A stretch of 64,000 nt of DNA from Pristiophorus japonicus. Its lineage: Eukaryota. Shown here in pieces: positions 25,601-36,810 of this stretch. The position numbers and the translations under genes were made by a program. Each line of letters begins with the position of its first letter. Positions within the stretch are counted from its first letter, which is position 1. The notes under the pieces were generated by a model that was given only the letters and a program-made list of their open reading frames with translations, had not been told where the DNA came from and searched no databases. The stretch is taken from contig NC_091995.1 of the NCBI RefSeq assembly GCF_044704955.1, positions 4,340,001 to 4,404,000 on the forward strand, written 5' to 3'.

Positions 25601-28230
25601 ACTGCCTTCTGTGGGTTAAAGACATTTCCTCTTTGCGCCGCTGGTATGGCTTTATTTCTTCCTGCATTTCTAATGGGACACTGGATCTGCACCCGTGAAG
25701 CACACAGTTTTTTTTTTAACTAAGGGGTCCTGGCTAGTCCAGGTTCTAATCTGTCGGGCGGTAACAGGTGATTGCTCGCTCTTGAGTGCTTCCATTACCA
25801 TAACTAAATCTGCGGGCTGTGCCATTTCCAACCCCATGGTGGGCAATGGCAGCCTACTGAGGGCATCGGTATAGTTTTCTGTCCCTGGCCTGTGGTAGAT
25901 AGCGTAGTTGTATGCGGACAACGTGAGCGCCCATCTCTGGATGTGGGCCGATACATTAGTATTTATCCCCATGCTTTCCGAAAAGAGGGATATCAGTGGC
26001 TTATGGTCAGTTTCCAGTTCAAATTTGAGCCCAAACGGATATTGATGCATTTTATTTACCCTATAAACACATGCTACCGCTTCCTTTTCGATTATGCTAT
26101 AGGCTCTCTCAGCCTTGGACAGACTTCTGGATGCATAAGTTGCAATTTCCCAGATTCATTAGCTTGTTGTAATACACACCCGACATTGCATGACGATGCA
26201 TCACAAGCTACTACCAAACGCTTACATGGATCATAGAACACAAGCAATTTGTTTGAGCATAACAGTTTTCTAGCTTTTATAAAGGCATTTTCTTGGTTTT
26301 TACCCCATGCCCATTCGTCTCCTTTACGCAGTGAAGCGTGCAGTGGTTCTAACAGTGTGCTGAGACCCGGTAAGAAGTTACCAAAGTAGTTCAGGAGTCC
26401 TAGAAACGACCGCAGCTCCATCACGTTCTGTGGCCTTTGTGCCTTCTTGATTGCCTCCATCTTCGAATCAGTGGGCCTGATGCCATCCACCGCGATTCTT
26501 CTCCCCAGGAACTCCACTTCAGGCGTCAGAAAAACGCACTTCGAGCGTTTTAACCTGAGAGAGAGAGAGTGAGAGAATTCAGTCGGCGAAATGATGCTCT
26601 CTCGTTGCAGCCGGTCCAGCTCCATCTCAACCCTCTCTCATCATGTACGGTATTGCTCTCGCCTTGTGAAGGATGGGTCGCGCCCCTGGAATTAGGTGGA
26701 TCTGCACTTTTGCTCCTTGGAACTTCCCGATGCCTGGTTCGAACAGCGAGGGGAACTTGTTTAGGACCTGGGCACATGAAGTGTTGTCGATGGGTGAGAG
26801 CGCTCGGACGTCATTCCAATTCCAGCGTATCTTTCCCAGCCAGCTCCTGCTGAGCAGCCTGGGGCCATTGCCCGGTACCACCCAGAGTGGTAACTTGTGC
26901 ACCGCTCCAGCGAAAGAGACCTTTACAGTAGCACTGCCGATTACGGGAATCAGTTCCTTTTGTGTATGTTCTCAGTTTAATGCGAATGGGACTTAGGACT
27001 GGCCTTGAGGCCTTGCCGCACCACAATTTATCAAAAGGACACCGGGAGTCCATTTAATTCAACCTTCAGCATTATCGGGGGACACTTTGTGGTAAATGTG
27101 TGCACCCCATGTATCTCTGCCTCCTCTGTCGGAGGCTCTGGTTCATCGTGATCTGCCGTGGATCTGTCCTTCTCTGCAACATGGTTTGCAGCTCGCCTGC
27201 ACATACATTGGAGATGTCGCATTGTTCCACAGCCCTTGCAAACGTATCCTTTGAAGTGGCATGAATGGAAACGATGATCACCCCTGCAACGCCAACAAGG
27301 TGTTAACGGGCTAGCATTCATCACCCTTGATGCTAGACTCAGACATCTGCGGACGTGCAGCTGCAGGCATGTGAGGCCTGCCCTGTATGTTACAATTCAA
27401 AAACAACATTACTTTGTTCACAGTACTTGTAGCGGCACTCGTGTGCTGAGAGATTTGCTTGGTATTGTCACTGGTGGCGATGAATGCCTGGGCTATCGCT
27501 ATGGCTTTATTCAAGGTTGCGGTCTCTACAGTCAAAAGTTTGTGAAGTATTATTTCATGGCCAATGCCAAATACAAAGAAGTCCCTGAGAATGTACTCCA
27601 AATGTCCTTCAAATTAGCAATGTCCTGCAAGGCATCTTAGCTTGGCGACATAGCTCACCACTTCCTGGCCTTCAGACCTCTTGCACGTGTAGAACTGGTA
27701 CCTTGCCATCAGAACGCTTTCCTTCGGGTTAAGATGCTCCCGGACAAGTGTGCACAAATCATCATACGATTTCTCTGCAAGTTTCGCTGGAGCAAGCAGA
27801 TTTTTCATGAGGCCATACGTTGGTGCCCCGCAAACGGCGAGGAGAATCACCCTTCGTTTGGCAGCGTTCGCTTCTCCTTCCAGCTCGTTGGCCACAAAGT
27901 ATTGGTCGAGTCGCTCCAAGAAGGCTTCCCAATCATCTCCCTCCGAAAATTTCTCTAGGATGCCCACTGTTCTCTGCATCGTTGCGGTGGGGTTCGATAT
28001 CTGTATCTCATAGCCAGTTGTAGTGTATGAATAAAGAGTCTGACCAGATACTGTGAGCTCAAAGTAAAGTGTGACCGTAGTCTTTTATTGCAGGTTTCCA
28101 GAGTGCCTTTCCAGCCTGTGAGGCTTCCTTAAATACAGGTGCTCCCAAGGGATTGTGGGATCCCTTGGAATTCTAGGGGATGAGCCCTCTGGTGGTTAAA
28201 CAAGGTATTTACAGGTTTACATATATAACA
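19632..28230 (-). mobile_element. Gypsy (Mag-like) LTR retrotransposon A, outer element, degenerate
   Basis: LTRs 19632-19837 and 28019-28230 (TG...CA); 5-bp TSD GTAAA; gag from 27979 with CCHC-type knuckles; RNase H and integrase fragments; RT core deleted near 26560-26580; purine tract next to the left LTR. Confidence 0.93.
20654..25198 (-). mobile_element. Gypsy (Mag-like) LTR retrotransposon B nested in the integrase of A
   Basis: LTRs 20654-20865 and 24988-25198; TSD CATAA/CATCA; PBS TGGCGACGAG (complementary to tRNA-Ser GCU 3' end); gag, protease LDTG, RT FQGD, RNase H CDAS, integrase VVDAYS/SNGQAER. Confidence 0.93.
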
Positions 28231-28637
28231 GTAAATAGTTGGGGTAAATAGTTGGAAATGAAGATGAATTCTCAGTGGGCCGATGTGGGCTGTGCATGTA
28301 TGGGTAGCGTGTTATGCACCCCATGCCCGGCTAACAGAACTCTATCCCTGTGCATTTTCAGCAGCGTGGCTTGGTGTTTATTAAGCATTGTGATCAATGT
28401 GCTGGTGACCTGTGATAGTTTTGCTTCCTTCTTTAGCAAACTTTTTTTGTCTTCACAGGAGCAGTCGAATCAATCGCAGAACCTCATTGACTCTGAACTT
28501 TCTACATTGCGCAATATTTTGGATGAAAAGGAATGGAACTTGGTCCAAGAACTGAATGAGGAAAAGGATATATTTTACTCAGAATGGAGACACATCTGCG
28601 AGAAATCCGAGACCATTCACGATAAGCTTTCCTTGTT

Positions 28638-29530
28638 GTAGATAAATGACCTGAATTTGGGGATAGTAAGTACAATTTTGAAATTATCATATGATACAAA
28701 ACTTGGCAATGTAGTGAATAGTGAGCAGGATAGTAGCAGACTTCAAGAGGACATTGACAGACTGGAGAAATGGGCAGACACATGGCAGACACAAGTTAAT
28801 GCAGATGAATGTGAAGTGATGCACTTTGGGGGGGGAACAACATGGAGAGGCAGTATAATCTAAATGGTGCTATTTTGAGGGTAGTGCAAGAACTGAAGGA
28901 ACTGGGGTGCAGGTTCACAAATCTTTGAAGATAGCAGGGCAAGTTGATAAGACAGCCAAGAAAGCTTGTGGGATACTTGGCTTTGCTAATGGGGATATTG
29001 AATTCAAAAACAAGGAAGTTATGCTGAACCTTTACAAATCACTGGTTAGGCCGCAACTGGAGTATTGTGTAGAATTCCGGAAACCACACTTGAGGAAGGA
29101 TGTCAAGGTCTTGGAGAGGGTAAGAAGGAGGTTTACTAGGATGATAGTAGGTATGAGGGACTTCAGTTATGTGGAGAGCTTGCAGAAGCTGGGATTGTTC
29201 TCCTTGGAGCAGAAAAAGTCAAAGGGACACCTAATAGAGGTATTCAAAATTCTGAGGGGTTTTGATTGAGCAAACGGGGAGAAACTGTTTCTTCTGGCAA
29301 GTGGATCGGTAGCCAGAGGTCATAGATTTAAAATAATTGGCAAGAGAACTTGAGGGAAAATGTGGAGATATTTTTTCAGATTTTTAGATTTGGGACCTGA
29401 ACGGGCGGTGGAAGCAGATTCCAGAGGGACTTTCAAAAGGCAATTGGACATGTACTTGAAGAGAACTAATTTGCAGGGTTATGGGGAAAAGGCTTGTGTG
29501 TGGGAATAAATTGGGTAGCTCTTTCACAGG
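28638..29530 (+). mobile_element. CR1 LINE 3' fragment (older subfamily)
   Basis: YDTKLG, LVRPQLEYC and LERVRRRFTR motifs. Confidence 0.85.
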
Positions 29531-30184
29531 ATGAACAGCTTTAATCGCCTCGATGTCTTTCTGACATCCAGGCCCACATTACATCCTTGCTGTTTACTCT
29601 GCTGTGCCTGAATACTTTTTTTAAAATTCATTCACAGGGTTTTGGAAATCTGGAACTCTCTCCCTTAAAAGATTGTGCATGCGAGGATCAAACGGGAGGA
29701 GCTCCTCGGCCACAGGGAGAAGACGTTTGAGGAAGACTCTAGCGACGACTTTCCCTGTGGCCGACTCTGTAATTGCCACAGTCGGACTTGTCCCCTTTTT
29801 TAAAGATGGTCAAGATCACTCCATCTCTCAGATCTGCTGGCTTAAAGCGGCACTACAATGGCCTGCAAGGGAACGTTAAACACTCTGGGGTGAATTTTCA
29901 CTTCTACCCCCGGGAACAAAACAGGCATTAGTGGATCGATCGCCCATTTTATAACCCGCACGGCCGTAAAAGTGAACATTCAGCCTTTTAAACCGAAGAT
30001 TTACAAACTCCCGGTCTTTTTGAAGAGAGATAGTTTGTGTATTTCTCATCACCAATGGTGCGTGGTGCTGAATACCTGAGGCATGTGCTCATTTTCAGAG
30101 CACAACTTATACCTGCTTTTTAATACAAAGGAGCGGGGCAGTGATGAGAAAGGGCGGGGTTGGAGTTGCTGTCGGCTTTTACTT

Positions 30185-30190
30185 TTTATT
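30185..30190 (-). terminator. Polyadenylation signal of the intact TRIM gene
   Basis: AATAAA about 170 nt after the stop; conserved in the paralogous 3'UTR at 57698-57703. Confidence 0.6.
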
Positions 30191-30362
30191 TAAGTCTCCT
30201 CACATTTCATATTTTTATCGGTGTATTTACAGCCTCATTGGGATTTTACAATGCATCATTTCGAAATTACATTTTCTAACTCCCGCCCCCGACCCTATCC
30301 ACACGGGATCAAGTCATTGTGACGTCACGGATGACGTGGGCCGGCCTGAGGCCCCACCCCTT

Positions 30363-33300
30363 TTACAGACCCAGATCAGATCCAGAGCAGATTCTCAGCC
30401 ACTTGTTCTCATCCCAAGTCCCGAAGAAAGGATAAAGTTTCTTCGTGAATTTATTCCCAGTGAAGGTGTGGAGATGGGACTTGGTGTCTGCGCTGTAAAA
30501 TGAAACTGTCCCGGACTCGTAACTGAGATAAACTCCCACCTTCCCGGGGATCTGACTGGCAGGGACAGGGGATGGAGGGGAGGAGTTTACATTAAACCGA
30601 TCATTGTACCGCCCAATGGTCCAGAATCCATTCTCCGGGCTCAGACTAACCCCTCCCTTCCTCCCCACAGACTCTGCGGCTACTCCCAGACTCCAGCCCC
30701 GATTCCCCGCCACCTCCACCTCCCAGTAATGTCTCCCCGATGTGAATCCCTCCGATCCCAGCACACAGAGCCAGGCTGTAAACCTCTTCTCGGTGTCAGG
30801 GAGATTCCTCCGGGTCCCGGTCCATCTCGCACTCTTCAGATCGTCAGACACCTCGAGACATGGATTCGCTGATTCCACATCCAGGGACACAGAGACTGGG
30901 AGGAAAAAGCAGAGAGTTGAAGAGATTCACCCGGGATTGGAGAGATTCACCCGCGATTAGGGAGACTCACCCGGGATTAGGGCGTTCCTCAGCAACTACT
31001 TAGTACTAACAGATATTCTCCATGGTATTTTTATGTACAAGGAGTCAAATTATGAGATTATAAATCAGGACAAAGGAACATATATGAGTTTTACCGGGGT
31101 TAATGGTGTCCATCATTTCTCTCCACACTGTAAACAGTAAAGGACCGGCGAATTTTTCGATCGACATGGCGGCATCTGATAATGTCAGTGTATAACCGTC
31201 ATCACTGATCCTGCAAATATCAAACAATTGGTTACAAATTGAACATAACAGTTTTGAGTTATTTTACCAAATTATGTATTAAAGAGCATGTCCTACCTCC
31301 TCTTCTGACGGGTTTCCTCCTGAAATAAATAAAACACAAATCTGAGTTGATAGACTGACCATCTAAATCCGGACCACACAAATGACTCCCAGATTGTGAC
31401 AAGCTGCTGATAATTCAAAACTCTCAATGCTAAAGACTCACAGATACGAAGAGGATATTAGAAAAATAATATAGATGCACAGGAGAAAGTATCCAAAAGA
31501 TTTACAAGAGTTATACCAGAACTGCAGGAGTACAACTAACGGGTAAGTCTGAACCATCTTTATCTCATTGAAACTTATAAAATTCTGAAGGGGGCTTACA
31601 GGGTAAATTCTGAGAGGCTGTTTCCCCTGGCTGGAGAGTCCAGAACTAGGGATCATAGTTTCAGGATAAGGGGTCAGCTATTTATGATTGAGATGAGGAG
31701 GAATTGCTTCATTCAGAGGGTTGTGAATCTTTGGAAATCTCTGCCCGAAGAGCTGTGGATGCTCAGTCCTTGAGTATTTTCAGGCTGAGATAGATAGATT
31801 GACTCCAAAGGAATCAAGGGATATTTGGATCGGACGGGAAAGTGCAGTTGAGGTTGAAGATCAGGCCTGATCTCATTGAATGGCGGAGCAGGCGTGAGGG
31901 GCCGAATAGCCTACTCCCACTTCTAATTCTTATGTTCATATGTTCACAGACAGCAACACCATTCTCTAGAGAAGAGAAGACTGAGCAGTGATAGAGGTGT
32001 TTAAAATTATGAAAGGATTGGATAGGGGAGGTGTAGAGAAGTTGTTTCCACTTGTGCTGTGGGGAGTCCAAAACTAGGGGCTATAAATATAAGATAGTCA
32101 CTAATAAATCCACCAGGGAATTCAGGATGAATCTCTTTAGTTAAGAAAATGGTTAGAATGTGGAACTTGCTACCACATGGAGTAGTTGAGGGGAATGGTA
32201 TAGAAGCATTTAAAGGCGAGTTAGATTTGCAGCTCGGGCCAGCCCACACTGTGATATGTGTGCACACTAGGTCCATGCAGCAGAGCAGGTCTCCAGTGGT
32301 CCTGGTTAACCTTTGCCAGTGGATAAAGGCCTAGCTCTGTCAAGCCCATGTGGTGGCTGATGTGCAACGGCCACCACATGTTAAAAAATCCACGCATAGG
32401 CATCTTCCACCCTTGGATTTCAGGACTGGAATATCAGGTCCTTCATTGAAACATCTATAAACTCATCCCTTTTGGTATGGAAGCAAGTCATCCTCATTCA
32501 AGGGACCGCCTATGATGCCGAGATAGACACATGCGTGAGAACAGAACAGCAGAATATACTGATATGGGGGCGGAGGGAGAATGAAGTAAGGTGGGAGGAG
32601 GTTTGTGTGGAATATAAACACCGTCATAGACCTGTTGGCCCAAATGTCCTGTCTCTGTGATGTAAAACACTCTGTAATTCTATGTAAAATATATTTGAAA
32701 ATCAGACAGTAGAAATTGGACCAAAATTATTTCATGCAGAGAATAGAAAGAGGGTATAGTTGATTAAATGTTAATTGTGTCAGATACTGGAAACCAACAT
32801 CAGCCCCACTCACAAACACAGTGCCCCTCACACCCACCGTGCCACACACACACCCGCACACTCACAACATGGAACTGGAACTGGATTGCAATGTGACTTT
32901 GAGGAGAATATTAAAGTTGGGCACCGCAGAAATAATTACAATCTAAGTCTCGATCAGGGCAACTCATTCCCGGGAGGTTGCGGCTATTCGCGGAATTCTG
33001 TAGATATTGTGGGAGACCGATTAGTTTGGTGACAATCGCAGATTCGCCCCAGAATAGTCAAAACAATCGATCGGTTTAAATCAGATCCGAATTATTGGGA
33101 AATGCTGCATTTATTTCAATATTATCTCCGATCATTTTGTGACTGTGAACTTTCACTGAAATAAACTGAAATATAATCCTCACCTTTAGAAATATCAGTC
33201 CGTCGTTTTGTTCCATCTGTTTTTGTAAATTTGAGAGCTTCTCCTGAATGGAATTTAAATTCTCTTGAATCTGTCGAAGGTTTTTCTCCATTGTTTCTAC

Positions 33301-34107
33301 AATCTTCCCCTCTTGTTCCCTGAGATCTTGGATTAAATGCTGCTCTTTCTCAGTGAGAATCTGGTGCATTTTAGTGAACTCGGATGTGATGCGGGTCTGC
33401 AGACTGCTCGACTGTTCCTACCAAATGAAATGTGAAACATAATTAATGTACCGCGATAGAGGGAACAAAACTAACCGAGATCCCCGAAAATCAGCTCAGG
33501 GAGACCTTACCCTAACTCCGGTAATCTGCTGTTTCTGTTTTAATTCTGTTTCGAGAGCCGCCGATTTCTTCTCTGTGAGAGAATCTAAGAAAGATTTCAG
33601 CTGATCCTGGGTTTGGGAGAGAAAATCACGGAGTAAACGTGTTAGACCATGAAAATATGATAAAATAATTGGGTGATCAAATCTGTTCCCTTTTACCTTG
33701 TAGATTCCAACAGCTTCTTCAATGGGCGTGAAGCGGTGCTCTCTGTGTTCCCGCGCAACTGCACAAACGAAACACATCAGTTTCTTGTCAGTTTCACAAA
33801 ACAGCATCAGTTCTTCCTGATGTTCCTCACAATGAAGTTTACTTTCCTTCTCTTTCAGATTCTGGGTTAATTTTCGAGCTTTCTCAGCCACACTCGCTAA
33901 GGGCCGATTAACCTTGAGGTTTATTTCTGGAAACTCCTCTCTACATTCCGGGCAGGAGTGTATTTCCTTCTTTTCCCAACAGTGTGTGATACAGGAGCGG
34001 CAGAAGTTGTGCCCACACTCCAGTATTACCGGATCGGTGAAGAAATCCAGACAAATGGGGCAATTTAAATCCTCTGTGAATGTCTCGGCCTCAGTTCTGG
34101 AAGCCAT
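30363..34107 (-). CDS. Intact TRIM E3 ligase (RING, B-box, coiled coil, B30.2; A33/NF7/TRIM39-like), 470 aa. Exons 34107-33697, 33606-33511, 33417-33184, 31319-31297, 31210-31095, 30895-30363
   Basis: C3HC4 RING CPICLDFFTDPVILECGHNFCRSC...CPEC; B-box CEEH...C...C..C...H..H; [16 protein letters not shown]. Exons of 411/96/234/23/116/533 nt sum to 1413 nt, all GT-AG with consistent phases and no stops. Confidence 0.93.
31480..32690 (+). mobile_element. CR1 3' fragments in TRIM intron 3
   Basis: Two CR1 3' ends (to about 31940 and 32690). The second is shared with the paralogous intron at 44150-44630. Confidence 0.75.
32228..32518 (+). mobile_element. Non-autonomous RTE-tailed SINE-like element
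   Basis: Body shared with 45515-45805, 46715-46890 and 47030-47300; 3' end GGAAGCAAGTCATCCTC...GCCTATGATG matches the RTE tail at 7713-7760. Confidence 0.8.
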
Positions 34108-34528
34108 GTGCACACTCAGCACTTCCTGATTCAATCCGCTCTCAGTTACAGTGTTTACTGAGCTGCTGAACACTTAAGTTCAGTGATTTCCCGATGAAGT
34201 TCACGGCAATACTCACGGAATTATTATTATGCACTCGTGTAGGTCCCGTCGACTTTTACACGGGGAGACAAAACCTAGAGCAATTTGAAGGACAAACAGG
34301 GTTAGAGCACAGAGGGGAATAACTGAGCCCTCTCCGGGAGTGTGTCAGTCCCTGGGGTGTTGGCAGTGGGAGGAGTTAGAGAGAGGGAGGGAGGAGGCGG
34401 AGATGGACGGGGCTCGAGATTCCAGTGCACTTTGCTCCAGACAGAACTCACTGCCGACTGCACAGCCTCTGGTGAAACTCGGTGTGAGATAAACAAACTG
34501 AATCATGTTAATGATCGCAGCCACTCAC

Positions 34529-34576
34529 CCTAAAACACAAAGTGCCCTCAATGTCAAGGAGCTGTCTGGAAGCCAT
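34529..34576 (-). other. Candidate upstream mini-exon / uORF MASRQLLDIEGTLCFR
   Basis: ATG context duplicates the TRIM start (AATCAGGAAGT...ATGGCTTCCAGA); donor AGG|GTGAGT in phase 0; conserved at 60974-61021. Confidence 0.5.
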
Positions 34577-35339
34577 GCCCAGTGGCAGTACTTCCTGATT
34601 GAAACTGCTGGAGTCATGTTTTTGCGGGTGGATCCAGACCCGGTTCCCAGTCACAGATCACTTTGAGTCCCTGGAAGTGCTGCTCACATCTGGATGAAAT
34701 AGAATCGCATTTAAAAGTCTGTAAAGTTTCGGGATGAGCCCACTGTCATACTGGGAGTCAGACGGGCATTTTACTGAGGCTGGGAAGCAGAATAGGGGAA
34801 AATAAGGAGGGCAGGGGAGAGATGAATGCTGATTTGGAAGAAAGCATTTTATTTTATAGATTTTATAAGCAGTGTTATGATGCACAATGTTCCATCCCTG
34901 TCGTCATACCCAACATTGGGGGGATTTTGGTCTTTACCATCCGGCATTAGGCATCACATGGGCGGAGAGCAGAAATGAAAATCTGGTCGGCGGATCTCAC
35001 GCCTGTAACAGAACCCACAATACATTTTTACTGCATTCAATGGAAGGAAAGTCAGGCGGGTTCTGTGATCAGCGTATGATCCTCTGTGCCCCATGTTCCT
35101 TCCTGTGCTGTGTCCAAGTGACCCTCTCCCGATCACAGCCCACTCCCTCCTAACCAATTCCCCTCCCCTCGGAGCTAGCTGGGAATGTACAGCAGGTTTC
35201 TGCAGCTCGGCAGTTACATTTCATTCTCTCTTGCCAGAGAGGAGCGAGCAGGCAGCTTCACCGGGATAGCAGACTCCGTGGTGCTGGGAGCCATTGACTG
35301 ACACATGTCGCTCTGTGGGCTCCACATCTCAATTCGGTG

Positions 35340-35740
35340 ATGTACCGCACCCACTCCCTCAATATCCAGCTGGTGTGTGACCATACTCAGCACATCTTGC
35401 AGGTCAGTGCTCGGTATCCTGGCAGCAGCCATGGTGCCTTCATTCTGCAGCAGCCCGCTGTACCATCAGCATTTGAGCCACCACAACAAACCAGAGGGCG
35501 GCTACTGGGCAACAAGGGCTATCCACTGACCGCCTGGCTCATGACTCTGCTACGCTACACGTGGGCAGTGTGCATATAATGAGGGTCATGCCGCCACATG
35601 GAATCTGATAGAGCAGACCACTGGCATCCTTAATCAATGCTTCGGCTGCCTGGACTGCTCTAGAGGAGCCCTGCAGTACTCACCAGAGCGGGTCTCAAGA
35701 TTCACCACAGTCTTCTGCATGCTCCATATCCTCGCCATCA
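35340..35740 (+). mobile_element. PIF/Harbinger transposase fossil (HARBI1-like DDE domain)
   Basis: HSLNIQLVCD...ARYPGSSHGAFIL...LLGNKGYPL, then frameshifted ...IEQTTG...CLD...LQYSPERV...CMLH; catalytic acidic residues look mutated. Confidence 0.85.
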
Positions 35741-36004
35741 TGAGGGCACAGCTCCTACCACCAGACATATGGTGACCATCTGAGCAGGAGGAGGAGGAAG
35801 AGGTGTTGGAGATAGTGGGAGAGGAGGGGAGGAAGTGGAAGGGAGGAGACAACCCAGCCAGCCCCTTTCTACCCCGGGTGTCCGTGATCCAATCATCCGA
35901 CTGCGGTACCAGTGAACGCAACCCCAATTCCCCATTCAACAATAGTCCCACACCTTACCTCCCCTCTGTTACTGACTATCACAGCGTCCTCTTGACCACA
36001 ATCT

Positions 36005-36400
36005 CTATTAGGTCACCTCTCAGTCTTCACTTTTCCAGAGGAAAGAGCTCCAGCCTGTTTAATCTTTCCTGATAGGTATAACCTCTCAGATCTGGATAAA
36101 TCTTTTCTACTATTTCTCCAGGGCCTCTGTATCCTTTGTGTTATATGGTGACCAGAACTGTGTCCATTGCACAGAAAGTGTGGTCTAACCAAGCTTCTAT
36201 ACAAGTGAAACATAACTTCTCCAATTTTCAATTCTATTCCTCTCGAAATGAACCCTGGTGTTTGAATTTTCTGGCCTTGTTAACTTGTGTTGCTACTTTT
36301 AATGATTTGTGAATCTGTAGCCCTAGATCCCTTTGCTCCCCACACCCATTTAGATTCTTATTTCCCCAGGAGTATGTGGCTTCCTTATTCCTCCTACCAT
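36005..36400 (-). mobile_element. Old CR1-like fragment
   Basis: LYRSLVRPH motif in ORF 36013-36231. Confidence 0.65.
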
Positions 36401-36696
36401 TTGTCTCTTCTCTCCCACTCCTTCCCCCGGCCCTACGGAGGTCCTTGCTGATCTTTCAGTTCCCAGTTCCTCTGCAGGGTGTGTACCCGAAATACTCACC
36501 TGTCTATATATAATATAATATTGATTATATCTGCATATACCTCTGCACCATTGTTCCTGAATGATCACAATTTTTTAAATACAGAAAATCTCTGCATTTT
36601 TGTTGCATATCCTGCTTCTATTTCGAACAATTGGCGAGAGGATCCCCGGAAATTTCAGCTCAAGTTCTTATCGCTCCCAGGAAACCAGACTGGAAG

Positions 36697-36810
36697 GGGG
36701 TGAAATTGGTCTTTGGGCAGAAGCACAAATCAGGCGATCGTGAGTTGGCAGTTTTACACTTGCCCATTTCCTGGAAATTTTGCATTAGTGCCCGAGACCA
36801 ATTTCACTCC
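36697..36810. mobile_element. MITE with TIR GG(G/A)GTGAAATTGGTCT
   Basis: GGGGTGAAATTGGTCT...AGACCAATTTCACTCC. Confidence 0.65.

Larger units (their letters stand above)
18592..28635 (+). pseudogene. TRIM remnant 2: divergent coiled-coil exons (18592-18687 and 28459-~28635) split by CR1 and nested Gypsy
   Basis: After a CAG acceptor, 32 codons ERMKAILHSLRQKKTSFEYFEFEQQESIYEIR (96-nt exon equivalent); the donor is replaced by a CR1 tail. The second exon, EQSNQSQNLIDSELSTLRNILDEKE, aligns to EQSSSLQTRITSEFTKMHQILTEKE and is frameshifted. Confidence 0.72.

Noticed and set aside
32360-32400. Hammerhead ribozyme at the CTGATG hairpin in the SINE-like body
   Set aside because: No GAAA box or three-way junction; only a simple stem-loop.
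33496-34173. Single 225-aa ORF as the complete gene
   Set aside because: It is exon 1, in-frame intron 1 and exon 2 of the spliced TRIM gene; the real start is the ATG at 34107.
35337-35740. Domesticated HARBI1 gene
   Set aside because: Fragmentary, frameshifted, catalytic residues altered, and no exon structure.
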